Virus record (IMG/VR): IMGVR_UViG_3300032167_007466
Coordinates: 1-64,000 of that record
Length of the DNA: 64,000 bases
Direction: 5' to 3' (one strand)
DNA from: a virus
Lineage: Duplodnaviria > Caudoviricetes
In this document: one piece after another, positions 18,846 through 29,815 of the stretch
Layout: each line of letters starts with the position of its first letter
Position numbering within the stretch: the first letter of the stretch is position 1
Notes under the pieces: generated by a model
What the model was told of the DNA's origin: nothing
Databases searched by the model: none
The model's input: the letters and a program-made list of their open reading frames with translations, nothing else
Translations under genes and position numbers: made by a program

Positions 18846-21800
18846 CTAACATATCTTATATTGGTCAACCCACCATTCTTTTTCATCGGTCTTACTCCAA
18901 ACACCATTAATCATCTTTCGTTTAAAATCTTTATGTTGGTCTAAAACTTGAATGATGTCTCCTCGTTTCAAGGGATTCTGTCTAAACAAATCCTTTTTCA
19001 TCTTTACAGGAATCTCATTGCCATTAGCAAGAGCATATAATTTAATCTTTGGTGAGTAATCTACATTCAAATCTGTAACAACGCAGTAGCCGGAATACTT
19101 TTTATCAATAATGTCGATATATCCAAGACATTCCACTTGGTATTCAATAGTGGTTTTAAGACTTGTTTTAATACTCGGCAACTGCGATATCAGTTCTGTT
19201 ATAAGACCATTGCTGTCCAAATCGGAAAACATTTTTGGTGTTTCTTTGGTTGAATATTTGCGAATTAAATCATAATCTAACCCCAATTCATATGCCTTAT
19301 CTTTTTTAATCTGCTTTTTACCATCATACACATTAAATATCTCGTTATAGGCAAGCAAGTCGTCAATGCTGCCAAATTCTGAAAAGAAGTCAATTTTAAT
19401 TAAAATCTCTAATTGCCTACTATTAACAGATGTATTATCTTTTAAATATCTCAACACATCCACAAAACTATCAAATTTCATATCAGCCATACCATATAAC
19501 TCATTTGAAATTGCTTCGTTCATAAACTTAATTGAGCAAATACCTTTGTAGATTGTGTTATCACTCTTATTGTAAAAATATCCTGATTTTGAATATCTAA
19601 ACTTTGGAGACTTTACTGTGATGCCACGCTTTTTGGCATAGGCAGTCAACGCTTTTGTCTTGTCTTCTTTATCCTTGTTTATATTTAATGCTGTTGTCAA
19701 AAACTCCAAAGGATAATATGTTCTAAGCCATCCTGAAACATATCCTTCATAAGAATACGGCTGTGAATGATTAAGGCTGAAAAGATAATTGCTTGCGTCC
19801 TCGATTACCTGTATAAATGCAACAATATCTTGCTCCGCCTTTTCAACAGTGGAATTATATTTTGTTGTCATCGTCTCGGTAAATCCGCCTTTAATTCTCG
19901 GTATATGCTGTTCTGTACCTGTTTTCTTAGCAAAACCACGTCTTACAATATCGGCTTCACCCATCGTGTAGCCGCAATAGTGATGTAAGAAGTCGATAAT
20001 TTGGCACTGGAAAACCAGATAACCAAAGGTGTTAGATAGAAATTCGTCTATCGCAACTGAACCTGTTTTTCGTATAACACCATTAGCAAGGTCGTCTCTA
20101 TATGAAGCACCTGCCGGTCTTATAGCACTATTGCCGATACTCAGTAATGTCATACGATCTACATTTGGGTCAATCTTTTGGAATTTCTTTATATTTTCGT
20201 CAGATAGCAATCGTTTAATATAGTCTTGTCCAATCTGACCTTCCCATTGAAAAATCTGAGTAGTATCATCTCGTATCGCATTCCAAACCTTAATATCATT
20301 AACATCCACATTGTCAGGTGTTAGTCTTTCAATATTGGCAAGTTTACAAGTTTCATTGATAAGTTCAATAGTATCGAGTTTCAACAAGTCCAATTTTACA
20401 TAGTTTAAACTATCAATCTCTTTCATATTGATTTGACTGATTGGATATGCTGATGTTGATGTGGTAAACGTGCCGAGTTTGTCCGTTATACTGTGTGGCG
20501 AAGTAACTGTACCGCAAGGATGTGAACCGACAGAAACTATTGTGCCTTTTACTAAATCAACATATTTAAAAAGATCAGGATACGACTCTCTGCTTTTTGC
20601 ATATTCAATCTCATTGTCAACGGTATCACATATGTCTCCAACTATTTGCAACGGAAGTTCTAATGCTCTTCCCACATCACGGATTGCACCCTTGTCTGCA
20701 ATTGTGTTAAAAGTAATAATATCGCTACAATACAAACCTGTTTTAGAAAAGATATAATCCTTTACTTCGCCAATTCTTGATGGCGGGAAATCTGTATCAA
20801 TATCACTAAGCGAAACTCTCTCAACATTCATAAAACGCTGAAAATTTAGCTTGTGTTTTATGCTGTCCATTTCGGTGATTCCTAATAACCAAGCGATAAC
20901 GCTACCATTACAAGAGCCTCTACCATATCCCACATATATTTCATTATCTGTACACCATGCAATTATATCTTCCATTAAGAGCATAAAATCAATTGCGCCG
21001 TTATGACGATAGGCTTTTAATTCTTCTTCAATTCTGTCAAGATACTCTTGATAATTAGTATATTTATCAACACCACGCTTTGTAATGCCCTCTTGAATTT
21101 TTTCTTGAAATGTCTTTTCTGAATCCTCCCACAAATGCGGATATTTATATGACCTATCAATTTCAAACTCTTCGACCAAATCAGCAATTGTATTGGTGTT
21201 TTCTATGGCTTCCAACGCAACTTCCAATGGTAATGCCGACTGTTTTATATACGCCTCAACCAATTCGTCATAAGTTTTAAATGTTAAATCCCACGAATCT
21301 TCGTTTTCAAATCGTACATTTTTTGCTTTTTGCAAAATTTGTCTGCCCTCTAAATGAACAGAATTTAATGCGTGAGTATCAGTTCCGGCTACCAGTGGCA
21401 CACCAATATTTTTACTTAATTCCCAAAGGTATTGATTATACGACCTTTGTTCACCTTCAATGTCGTTATGATGCTGGATTTCAAGAAAACATCTGTGTTT
21501 ATTTTCAGACAAAAAAGATATAAAACTATCTTTAATGACATCATTGCCATTATGTAATATGCCGCCAAGACAAGCTGTTGTGATAATAATGTTGTCAGAT
21601 GTTTTTATCAATTCATCAAAGGTAATTCGTGGCATATAGTAAAAGTGTCCGTCTTCTCTATTAAATGAATTACTTGATAATTGGTTAAGCTCCAATATAC
21701 CATCATAGTTTTTTGCTATAAGAACACAGTGATAATTGTCTCTTACCTTTTCATTTGGGTTTTCAGTTATATATGCCTCCATGCAATGCAGATATTTCAT

Positions 21801-21995
21801 ACCCGCTTTTTCGATTTCTTCCTTTTTATGAAGCCATGAAAATATATTACCGTGTTCAGAAAATCCGAGCGATTTCATTCCACATTCTTTGGCTCTCTGT
21901 ATGTATTCTTTGTAATTTGTAATACTATCTATATTTGTTGTTCCATTTGAAAAATCGCTATGCAAATGAAACACTGTATAGTTCTTTTGAGACAA
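18846..21995 (-). CDS. dnaE: DNA polymerase III alpha subunit
   Basis: PHP domain HLHS, GYGRGS, SDIDTD, KLDLL, FSLNHS. Confidence 0.96.
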   Translation of the reverse strand: MSQKNYTVFHLHSDFSNGTTNIDSITNYKEYIQRAKECGMKSLGFSEHGNIFSWLHKKEEIEKAGMKYLHCMEAYITENPNEKVRDNYHCVLIAKNYDGILELNQLSSNSFNREDGHFYYMPRITFDELIKTSDNIIITTACLGGILHNGNDVIKDSFISFLSENKHRCFLEIQHHNDIEGEQRSYNQYLWELSKNIGVPLVAGTDTHALNSVHLEGRQILQKAKNVRFENEDSWDLTFKTYDELVEAYIKQSALPLEVALEAIENTNTIADLVEEFEIDRSYKYPHLWEDSEKTFQEKIQEGITKRGVDKYTNYQEYLDRIEEELKAYRHNGAIDFMLLMEDIIAWCTDNEIYVGYGRGSCNGSVIAWLLGITEMDSIKHKLNFQRFMNVERVSLSDIDTDFPPSRIGEVKDYIFSKTGLYCSDIITFNTIADKGAIRDVGRALELPLQIVGDICDTVDNEIEYAKSRESYPDLFKYVDLVKGTIVSVGSHPCGTVTSPHSITDKLGTFTTSTSAYPISQINMKEIDSLNYVKLDLLKLDTIELINETCKLANIERLTPDNVDVNDIKVWNAIRDDTTQIFQWEGQIGQDYIKRLLSDENIKKFQKIDPNVDRMTLLSIGNSAIRPAGASYRDDLANGVIRKTGSVAIDEFLSNTFGYLVFQCQIIDFLHHYCGYTMGEADIVRRGFAKKTGTEQHIPRIKGGFTETMTTKYNSTVEKAEQDIVAFIQVIEDASNYLFSLNHSQPYSYEGYVSGWLRTYYPLEFLTTALNINKDKEDKTKALTAYAKKRGITVKSPKFRYSKSGYFYNKSDNTIYKGICSIKFMNEAISNELYGMADMKFDSFVDVLRYLKDNTSVNSRQLEILIKIDFFSEFGSIDDLLAYNEIFNVYDGKKQIKKDKAYELGLDYDLIRKYSTKETPKMFSDLDSNGLITELISQLPSIKTSLKTTIEYQVECLGYIDIIDKKYSGYCVVTDLNVDYSPKIKLYALANGNEIPVKMKKDLFRQNPLKRGDIIQVLDQHKDFKRKMINGVWSKTDEKEWWVDQYKIC

Positions 21996-22012
21996 ATTAT
22001 CACTCCTGTTCT

Positions 22013-22801
22013 TTATGGCTTGTATTCACAAGCACAGTTTCTCATGTCGCATATATTGTGACAAAAATATTCTGATGGATTTGGCAGCCAAGCAGTTTCA
22101 TTTTCGATTGACTTTACTGTGTTTTCTGCCCATTTCTTTGCTTCTTCAAATTCATCGTCATTAAATTCGTATGTTAACCAGTTTCTATCCTTAAATAGAT
22201 TCCATCGCAAATACTTCGGTTTTACACCATATTCCTCTATAACAGCTATAGAATACAGATAAAGCTGTCGCTTAAATCCTAATACGTGCTCCTTTTCGGA
22301 ACCACATATTTCACCGTTCTTCTTAAATTTCACACTACCACTTTTATGGTCTAATACGATAATATCTCCCGTTTCTTTATCTCTTAAAAGCAGGTCGATA
22401 TATCCTATCATTTCATATCCGCCTATATTAAATTTAACTTCTTTCTCAATGCCGAGTATTTCATAGTTGTCCAAAATCAAATCTATATTATCAAGATAGT
22501 CTAATCCTTTATCGTAGTAAGATTGTTTGATATCAACATATTTATTTGGCGGTGCATCACAAGTCACTACCTCACAAAAATTATCTATGTAATATTGCGA
22601 TATATCAAACAATGACAACTCGCCCTTTTCGTATTTTTCAAGTATGGTGTGCATAAGAGAGCCATATTGAGCAAAGAAATTAGGCTCTCCCTCATTGCAC
22701 TGAACGTATTTCAACTTGAAACCATAAGGACATTGATGATAAGATGATAACCTTGAAAAACTCCAGCACATAGTATTGATTATAAAACTGTATTCGTTCA
22801 T
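22013..22801 (-). CDS. PD-(D/E)XK (RecB/AddB-like) exonuclease
   Basis: WSFSRL...CP, GYIDL, DHKS, QL.LY, C-terminal Cys cluster. Confidence 0.88.
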   Translation of the reverse strand: MNEYSFIINTMCWSFSRLSSYHQCPYGFKLKYVQCNEGEPNFFAQYGSLMHTILEKYEKGELSLFDISQYYIDNFCEVVTCDAPPNKYVDIKQSYYDKGLDYLDNIDLILDNYEILGIEKEVKFNIGGYEMIGYIDLLLRDKETGDIIVLDHKSGSVKFKKNGEICGSEKEHVLGFKRQLYLYSIAVIEEYGVKPKYLRWNLFKDRNWLTYEFNDDEFEEAKKWAENTVKSIENETAWLPNPSEYFCHNICDMRNCACEYKP

Positions 22802-22810
22802 ACTGCCTCC

Positions 22811-24727
22811 TTACTTATCAGGAAACTCATCTACGGCTGACCTATCTACATATGGTAACTTACTTGAATATACATTATCATCCCAAGCAAACTGAGCATC
22901 ATATTCATCGTAATCTGTGTAGAATCTTCTTGATGTTAGGTCATACCACAGTCCCATTTGAAAGTCCGCTTTACCCAAAAGCCTGTCTTTGATGACTGTT
23001 AAGACAACATCATATTTGCCCCACTTGGATTTCGGATCTTCCTTTTCTTTTTTTGACGTTCTTCTCAAACCTATGGAACGCATTGCCAAATTGATAATAT
23101 TTGAACTACCCGAAATATCATACATTTCGATATCAGAATTTGCATCCTGTGTTTTTCGTGGATGGGCGATAAGTACAACGGCAACGTTAAACTTACTTGC
23201 AAACTTTATAAGTGTGTTTATAAGGTTTGTCTGAGCCGTATTTTTATCGCTTTCGCTACATTTCAAATCAAGCATCATTAGGTTATCCAAAACAACCAAC
23301 TTTGTACCATATTTTCTAACACATTCCTCTGCTGATTTCATAACAGAATCAACATCGTTTGGCTCATCGTCTTTATAGATAAGAAGTTTTTCTTTATAGA
23401 AAGATTGCATTTTTCTTTGAATGGTAGAAGGAACTATATAATATTTTCTACCATCCTTTGTTGTTTTTTCTTCCATATTTCGTCTACCTGCGATTATGGT
23501 GTTAAACCAGTTAGCACTCATTCTCTCAGGCATTTCTTTTGAAAACAAGAATACTGGATTACCCATATCTATGGTTCTTGCAATAGTTTGGTCAATTATG
23601 CTGGTCTTTCCGCTTCCCGGTCTTCCAGATAACACAGTTAATGTACCATAAAAAAGTTTTAAAACTTCATTGTCCAATGGTTTAATGCCAGTAATAACAC
23701 CATCCATCTGTGATATATCAAGTTCTTCAATATCAGAATAATCTCTAACGCTTTTCACAGGCACATCTTTGGCATCCGAAATCAATTTCAATACATATTC
23801 TTTGCCACCAATTTGCAAGCAGTCATTTATATCATTCAAAGGAATTCTTTTGCCGTTTGGTTTCTCAAAATACTCAGGTGTATCTATATACTTTGTTCTC
23901 CAAGTACCAAGACGATAAACACAATCTTTTCGCATTGTTTGTCCCGGATTATCATTATCCGACCAAATAATTATTGATTCAAACTCATTAAGCCATTCCC
24001 AGTTCTCTTCTATCCAATGTAAATTACCCGCACCAAGAGGAACGCTAACTGTATTCAAATAACCTGCTTCAATAGCACTCGCACAATCTGTTTCTCCTTC
24101 GCATATAAGCAAAGGTTTTGATGTATTAACACGATTCATATTAAAAAGGAGCGGAGCTGTGTCCGCCCCCGATTGGCACCATGTCTTTGGAGTGTTTGAA
24201 GATTTAGTTATTGTTTTTGCTGGTCTATACTTGACCATCGTTAGCACATCGTTTGTGTCATAAAAATTAAACACTCCGTTCCCTTGTGCATCTTCTCTGA
24301 TGTCGAGGTAGTCAATTGTTCTTTTTGAAATACCACGCTTTCCCCAATATGCAATAACATTAGGTTTATCATTTATTGGCTCTTCGTGTGGGTACTTATA
24401 ATCTCTTTTGGTTTTAACATCCTGTTCACCAAAACTATATTGAATACCAGCCTTTTCAAAAAGGAACTTAACAGCGCCCAAAAAGGTTTCACCCTTTTCC
24501 ATCAAAATATCTATAATATCAACGGTCTTAGAACAACCGAAACAATGGTAGTTATGAGCTTTAGGGTTATATATGAAGCTTGCAGTGTCCTCATTATGAT
24601 AAGGGCAGCACGACTTTAGATTTTTGTCATCAAAATTATCTAAGTCAAGCAACTCAGCCATAATAATGGCATTCTCGTCACCTAATTTATCTTTGGCTTT
24701 TTCAATCAATTTTTTATCAACGAGCAA
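22811..24727 (-). CDS. DNA primase-helicase (T7 gp4-like)
   Basis: CPYH..CFGC zinc finger, TOPRIM CEGETD and D.D, Walker A GRPGSGKT, VLDNL, AHPRK. Confidence 0.93.
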   Translation of the reverse strand: MLVDKKLIEKAKDKLGDENAIIMAELLDLDNFDDKNLKSCCPYHNEDTASFIYNPKAHNYHCFGCSKTVDIIDILMEKGETFLGAVKFLFEKAGIQYSFGEQDVKTKRDYKYPHEEPINDKPNVIAYWGKRGISKRTIDYLDIREDAQGNGVFNFYDTNDVLTMVKYRPAKTITKSSNTPKTWCQSGADTAPLLFNMNRVNTSKPLLICEGETDCASAIEAGYLNTVSVPLGAGNLHWIEENWEWLNEFESIIIWSDNDNPGQTMRKDCVYRLGTWRTKYIDTPEYFEKPNGKRIPLNDINDCLQIGGKEYVLKLISDAKDVPVKSVRDYSDIEELDISQMDGVITGIKPLDNEVLKLFYGTLTVLSGRPGSGKTSIIDQTIARTIDMGNPVFLFSKEMPERMSANWFNTIIAGRRNMEEKTTKDGRKYYIVPSTIQRKMQSFYKEKLLIYKDDEPNDVDSVMKSAEECVRKYGTKLVVLDNLMMLDLKCSESDKNTAQTNLINTLIKFASKFNVAVVLIAHPRKTQDANSDIEMYDISGSSNIINLAMRSIGLRRTSKKEKEDPKSKWGKYDVVLTVIKDRLLGKADFQMGLWYDLTSRRFYTDYDEYDAQFAWDDNVYSSKLPYVDRSAVDEFPDK

Positions 24728-24737
24728 ATCTTCACCC

Positions 24738-25085
24738 CTATACTGTAAATTCTCTTGTCCAAAATAATGTTCTTAAACCATATAAAGCATACACAGGCTT
24801 GCCTTTATAATACTCAGGAGAGTTGCTAATCTGTCTGATTATGTAGTCTATTGGCACTCTGTATTTAAAAACAAGTGTATTTATTGTTTTCAAAACAACA
24901 GGATACTGTTTTTTGTCTTCAACATTTGCCATATACAGTTCAGCACATTCTTTAATTTTTTGCTTTCTTTCTGCACAATCCCAATGATAATGCTTCTTTG
25001 CAATCACAACGGACTCTAAGGAAGACACCTTTTGTCCGTTGTGTAAGCAATATTTATACGCACAATTGAATAACTTGTCTTTCAT
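24738..25085 (-). CDS. hypothetical zinc-binding replication-module protein
   Basis: C...C.H ... H..C; coupled to ssb. Confidence 0.7.
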   Translation of the reverse strand: MKDKLFNCAYKYCLHNGQKVSSLESVVIAKKHYHWDCAERKQKIKECAELYMANVEDKKQYPVVLKTINTLVFKYRVPIDYIIRQISNSPEYYKGKPVYALYGLRTLFWTREFTV

Positions 25086-25486
25086 TAATTGAAGGGTAAT
25101 TCTTCGTTGTTATCAGGAGTAAATGAGAAATCATTATTCGCTGTTTCTGTTGTTGCGCTTGTGTTACCACCCTTGCTTTCAACGAATTCAGCATCCTCTA
25201 CAACAACATCTGTGGTGTAAACCTTTGCACCGTCTTTATTGGTATAACTGCCCGTCTGAATTCTTCCTACAATGCCAATGGCAGAGCCTTTTGAAAAATA
25301 CTTGCCAATAAATTCGGCAGTTTTGTCATAGCAGATACAGTTGATAAAATCTGCATCGTAATTACCTTCGGCATTCTTAAATCTTCTGTTTACTGCCACT
25401 GAAAAACGAGCCATAGCCTTACCCGATTCAGTAGTGCGACTTTCAACGTCTCTTGTTAGTCTTCCAACCAATGTTACCTTATTCAT
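25085..25486 (-). CDS. ssb: single-stranded DNA-binding protein
   Basis: MNKV.LVGRLTRD, acidic tail ELPF. Confidence 0.96.
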   Translation of the reverse strand: MNKVTLVGRLTRDVESRTTESGKAMARFSVAVNRRFKNAEGNYDADFINCICYDKTAEFIGKYFSKGSAIGIVGRIQTGSYTNKDGAKVYTTDVVVEDAEFVESKGGNTSATTETANNDFSFTPDNNEELPFN

Positions 25487-25503
25487 TCAATAAATTCCTC
25501 CAT

Positions 25504-26424
25504 TTATTCTACGGGTTTAATACCCTTAATTTTTTCAAGACATTCCTTTGCAACCGCTACATCTTTCAGTGCCATTGGATTGCCACTTGCAACATAAGAT
25601 TTTAATGTGGTCATAAGTTCAGCGTTTTTAGTGCCACCAAGATTATTGCAATATGTAATAATCTCCTTCTTTACACTATCTAAGATGTCTTCGGCGTCGT
25701 ATTCTGTTTCTGAATATTTAGGAGTTTCCTTTTTGGGAGCAGGTGCTTCGCCTTTGTTTGCCCATTCATACAATCTAACACCATCTTTTTCTGTAAGCAC
25801 TTCAAACTTACCATCAAACAAATGAGTGTTGTCTTTATCAGCAGATGCAATATGTGTATCTTGTGCAATCATAAGCGACACGGTGTATTCATATGAAATA
25901 TCTTTGTCCTGTTGCTGTCCCATACCCACCTTTTTAGGAACCTGTTTGCCGTTTTTATCCTCAAGAACCCAGTCGTCCTTACCTCTTGCAGTCGCAATAA
26001 CGTGAATAGGACTATTTAACACCTTATCCATAAACTTGTTGTGACGAGGTTTGAGTTTTCCCCAGTTTGTAAAACTATTACCGGGCATCTTATCGTGAAC
26101 ATCATTGAGCCACTTCCATTCATGTGTCATTGAGTCAATGATGAGCACTTTATATCCAGCACTTACGGCTGCATCGATTGCTTCCATATATTTTTCACAC
26201 TCAAACGGCTCTTCAAGTTCAAGCAAATCGTAATCAAACTCATCTGCATAATACTTATTACGAGATCCTTCCGTTCCTATGTATGCAATACCACTACCAC
26301 ATTTTTGTGCAAGACCAGTTGCAACCTTTAACGCACTGTAGCTCTTACCACTACCAGATGCACCGCTAAGTAATACTTTAAGCCATACCTGTTCTCTTTT
26401 GGCTTTCTGAAAACCTACTGCCAT
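25504..26424 (-). CDS. Sak4-like AAA ATPase recombinase
   Basis: GASGSGKS, IIDS.THEW; adjacent to ssb. Confidence 0.85.
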   Translation of the reverse strand: MAVGFQKAKREQVWLKVLLSGASGSGKSYSALKVATGLAQKCGSGIAYIGTEGSRNKYYADEFDYDLLELEEPFECEKYMEAIDAAVSAGYKVLIIDSMTHEWKWLNDVHDKMPGNSFTNWGKLKPRHNKFMDKVLNSPIHVIATARGKDDWVLEDKNGKQVPKKVGMGQQQDKDISYEYTVSLMIAQDTHIASADKDNTHLFDGKFEVLTEKDGVRLYEWANKGEAPAPKKETPKYSETEYDAEDILDSVKKEIITYCNNLGGTKNAELMTTLKSYVASGNPMALKDVAVAKECLEKIKGIKPVE

Positions 26425-26549
26425 TAAATAAATGACCTCCTTGTAATTATAATTTTTTATTTTTATATATAAACGCCGTTGCCGACGGTAACAAAAATTA
26501 ATCTATGATTAACTTGTTTTCACAAGGTTGAAAAGAATGTTACATAGTA

Positions 26550-26879
26550 TTATTCTCCATCAGTTTGCAAACTTTCTAAATATTCATCCATTGTTATTTG
26601 ATGATATTTCTCTTTCTCGAAATAATAGATGCTATTTCTTGTTGTTACTATGATTTCGTTTTCGGTTTCTTTAAAACTCTCAACTGTGCTTGTCCTCAAC
26701 TGCCCGGACTTAGGGTTCCCTTGATTATCTTCTATGTAGTCAAGCAACATACATGCTCCGTTTGTTAAATAATATGCCAACTTCGCTTTGCTACCGATTC
26801 TCAACGGATATCTACCGTCTGTTCTCGTTATATCTTCTTTGTCTGTAATATCACAAATTGTCAATTCACAATCGTACAA
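26550..26879 (-). CDS. hypothetical protein
   Basis: RTS.V....T.NSIY motif; GGAGG RBS. Confidence 0.7.
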   Translation of the reverse strand: MYDCELTICDITDKEDITRTDGRYPLRIGSKAKLAYYLTNGACMLLDYIEDNQGNPKSGQLRTSTVESFKETENEIIVTTRNSIYYFEKEKYHQITMDEYLESLQTDGE

Positions 26880-26890
26880 TCAATCACCTC

Positions 26891-27133
26891 CTACAATCCA
26901 TTAATCGCATTGTACTGATATTCAACTTCCTCGTCGTTTAGATATTTATGTCTTACCATATATCTCTCAATCTCATGCTCTTTATAGTTTTTAATTGCAT
27001 TGTATGAGCGTACATAAACATCATAATTGTTAATCATTGAACCTGACCAACACTTAACAACGACGCCTATTTGAATATCGTCTACAACAACAATATCTCC
27101 AAAACAGAATTTCATTATTTCCCTCCGTTTCAA
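26891..27133 (-). CDS. hypothetical SH3-like protein
   Basis: FGDIVVV...IGVV; start probably MKFCFG. Confidence 0.65.
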   Translation of the reverse strand: MKRREIMKFCFGDIVVVDDIQIGVVVKCWSGSMINNYDVYVRSYNAIKNYKEHEIERYMVRHKYLNDEEVEYQYNAINGL

Positions 27134-27157
27134 AAGGCAATAAAAGTATAGTTCTAT

Positions 27158-27583
27158 TTACTTCAATAGACCACTAAGTTCTTCAAACAAATGCAATTCT
27201 GGCAATAATAAGCATTTACATAGCGTTTCTATATTCGCAACAATATCACAAATCGAACATATACCTAATATGCCAATAATTATTCCAGCTATAGGCATAA
27301 GCACATCTGTCCACACATAATAATTACGTTGATATGATGACTCTTGTTTTGCTTTTATGAGAAACTTAAATAATTTAATACCACCGAATACAAGACCTAC
27401 AATTATAGCAGCGTTAAATATTATCCACAAAATTGACATTATAATCTCATATCGTATGTATCTTTCGCATATTTGCTGTGCCACAGGCATAACATTTTGC
27501 GAAGTCCAATCAACCGCAATACCTATTCTTTCTCCAAGTGCATCTAACACCTGAATAATTTGTTCACTTACTGTCATACACAC
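27158..27583 (-). CDS. membrane protein
   Basis: Two TM segments; bounded by dyad sites. Confidence 0.7.
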   Translation of the reverse strand: MCMTVSEQIIQVLDALGERIGIAVDWTSQNVMPVAQQICERYIRYEIIMSILWIIFNAAIIVGLVFGGIKLFKFLIKAKQESSYQRNYYVWTDVLMPIAGIIIGILGICSICDIVANIETLCKCLLLPELHLFEELSGLLK

Positions 27584-27627
27584 ACACCTCTCTTTATTTA
27601 TCTTTAAAACAAAAATTCTATCAGCTT

Positions 27628-28284
27628 TTATTTGACCTCATCAAGAGAATCCATAACAGCCTTATAACTTGCACTATTGATATCTTTTGTGTTAAAGTCT
27701 GTGCTTCTTATGGTTGAAACTACATTGTTCATTGCCGTATAAACTGACTGAGTTCCCCAAGTATCGGCTGTGTATGTTCTTGCAAAGTCAGTGTTAATTC
27801 CAAGACTTGCAGCTTCGCCAACTGCGTCCATATTTGCACCAAGAAACATAAATGTCCAAGAATACTTTTCTTGCTGATGTTCAATCATTTCTTTTACTGT
27901 AGACTTTGAAAACTCTTTGCTTGCATTTTCAAAACCATCAGTTGTAATCACAAACATAACTTTGTCCGGTCTTTCGTCTTCAGGTGTAGCACTTAATCTA
28001 CTACCAATTGAATTAATTGTTTTGCCAATTGCATCAAGCAGAGCAGTACAACCTCTCGCATAATATTCTTTTGTTGTAATCGGATTAACCTTTTGAATGT
28101 CTACATGGTCGTGAAGAAGTTCATAGTTGTCATCAAACAGTACGGTTGTTACATAAGCTTCCCCGTCCTCTTTTTTCTGACCTTCAATCATAGAGTTAAA
28201 TCCGCCAATCGTATCATCGGTCAAACTCTGCATTGAACCACTTCTGTCCAAAATGAAGACAATTTCCGTTAAATTTTTCTTCAT
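27628..28284 (-). CDS. von Willebrand factor A domain protein
   Basis: MIDAS DRSGSM, TALLDA, ITTDG.EN, FLGAN. Confidence 0.9.
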   Translation of the reverse strand: MKKNLTEIVFILDRSGSMQSLTDDTIGGFNSMIEGQKKEDGEAYVTTVLFDDNYELLHDHVDIQKVNPITTKEYYARGCTALLDAIGKTINSIGSRLSATPEDERPDKVMFVITTDGFENASKEFSKSTVKEMIEHQQEKYSWTFMFLGANMDAVGEAASLGINTDFARTYTADTWGTQSVYTAMNNVVSTIRSTDFNTKDINSASYKAVMDSLDEVK

Positions 28285-28358
28285 AAATACACTCCTTTTG
28301 TATAATCTACTTAATTATTCTCTATAAATGCCTGATGAAATGTTGCTTTTATGGTAGG

Positions 28359-28769
28359 TTATTCTTTTACATACTTGGCATAGTCAATAGTTTCAAATCC
28401 ATCAAATACATCCGGGTAAAAAATACCTATCCAAAAATCGTCTTGTACATTTTGATAGTAAAGAACATCCTTGTTCCATTCCTGAACTTCATCTATAATT
28501 TCTTTACTAAGTAAACCCAATTCGTCTTTGCAAGCTTCGCTTTCAACTTTGTATGTAATTGCTTTGTATAACTCTTCGTTTTTAGCAATATTTGCATCAA
28601 CAGTTGAATATTCAACGCACAAACACAAAGACATAACTACTACCGCAATTCCTATAACAACAGAAAATAGTCCACTTGCAAACGCAAGACCATCTATGTT
28701 CTCTCTGCATCCTATAATCAACAAAACTATACTTACTACTAATGCAAATAAACATATCCAAAAAATCAT
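28359..28769 (-). CDS. membrane protein
   Basis: Two N-terminal TM segments; bounded by dyad sites. Confidence 0.7.
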   Translation of the reverse strand: MIFWICLFALVVSIVLLIIGCRENIDGLAFASGLFSVVIGIAVVVMSLCLCVEYSTVDANIAKNEELYKAITYKVESEACKDELGLLSKEIIDEVQEWNKDVLYYQNVQDDFWIGIFYPDVFDGFETIDYAKYVKE

Positions 28770-28824
28770 ATTTAATCATCCTTTCAACTAATTATTCTCC
28801 AAAAATCCACTTAAAACGTTGGTT

Positions 28825-29175
28825 TTATTTATTTTTTTCTCTAACTGAAAATATTTTACCCTCCTGATTTATAACATCGTATTTCTCGTAAAATTCCACC
28901 ATAGAAACATCGTCGGAAATTACAACTTGATATTCCGTTGTATATGTTTCTGGTGTGTCACAAGCTGCAACTGCACCAAACATTGCTCCTAAGATAGCAC
29001 CCATAATAACACCTGTTAATATGCCCGCCACTGTCTCACATTGGCAACCACCAATCAACCATCCAATCAAACCAGCAACAACCATTAGGGTAATTAGAAT
29101 GCCCCAAAAGGCTGACCACTCAAAATAAGTAGTTGCAACTACTTCGTACTGATTTAAAATTTCAACACCTACCAT
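28825..29175 (-). CDS. membrane protein
   Basis: Two TM segments; bounded by dyad sites. Confidence 0.7.
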   Translation of the reverse strand: MVGVEILNQYEVVATTYFEWSAFWGILITLMVVAGLIGWLIGGCQCETVAGILTGVIMGAILGAMFGAVAACDTPETYTTEYQVVISDDVSMVEFYEKYDVINQEGKIFSVREKNK

Positions 29176-29221
29176 AATTTCACCTCGCTTTTCTCAATGA
29201 AACACTTGTTTCATCAGGAAT

Positions 29222-29815
29222 TTAACCCCTTAAATACTCCTTAAATGCCTTATAAGTACCGAATTTTTCTTTCCAACCAGCAACAATCTCTGTTGGATTG
29301 AGGTTGAATTCTTTACAAACGTATGTAATATACTCGTTTTCATAAAGTTTCTTTCTTCTCTTGTTGAGTTGTTTTACTTCTGCAAAGACCACATCTCTTG
29401 AAACTTTATATTCCTTCAACAAGTATGCACTGAGGTCGTTTTCTGAATACTCGATAAACTGGCATATCGGACATATAAATTCGGGAACTTCATAGTATCC
29501 ACCATCACTACAGAAATCCTCCCATAAATCATCCTCACTCATTACAAGTAACTCTTCTTCCGTAAAATCTCTGCTATCTTTAATTTTTGAATCCCATCTA
29601 TCTTTGTTCCAAGCGTGTTCTAAAATGATCTTAACAAGTTCTTCTTTAGATGGTTTTTCTAATGCCTCATCACAACAGAAAATATGACCATTAACGCATT
29701 CCATCATATCTGCTTCACTCAGACCCATATCCCAGCCGCTTGCTGTCGCTCCGCAAATCTCACATACATAACTTGAACTACTGCTATTTGTTACAAAGTC
29801 TTTCCTAAATTTCAT
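29222..29815 (-). CDS. DFVTNSSSSS-motif protein with Cys clusters
   Basis: MKFRKDFVTNSSSSSY; CEIC, C..GH.FC, CPIC. Confidence 0.85.
   Translation of the reverse strand: MKFRKDFVTNSSSSSYVCEICGATASGWDMGLSEADMMECVNGHIFCCDEALEKPSKEELVKIILEHAWNKDRWDSKIKDSRDFTEEELLVMSEDDLWEDFCSDGGYYEVPEFICPICQFIEYSENDLSAYLLKEYKVSRDVVFAEVKQLNKRRKKLYENEYITYVCKEFNLNPTEIVAGWKEKFGTYKAFKEYLRG

Noticed and set aside
22013-22801. Cas4/CRISPR adaptation gene
   Set aside because: No array or other cas genes seen; sits in the replication operon as expected for a phage exonuclease
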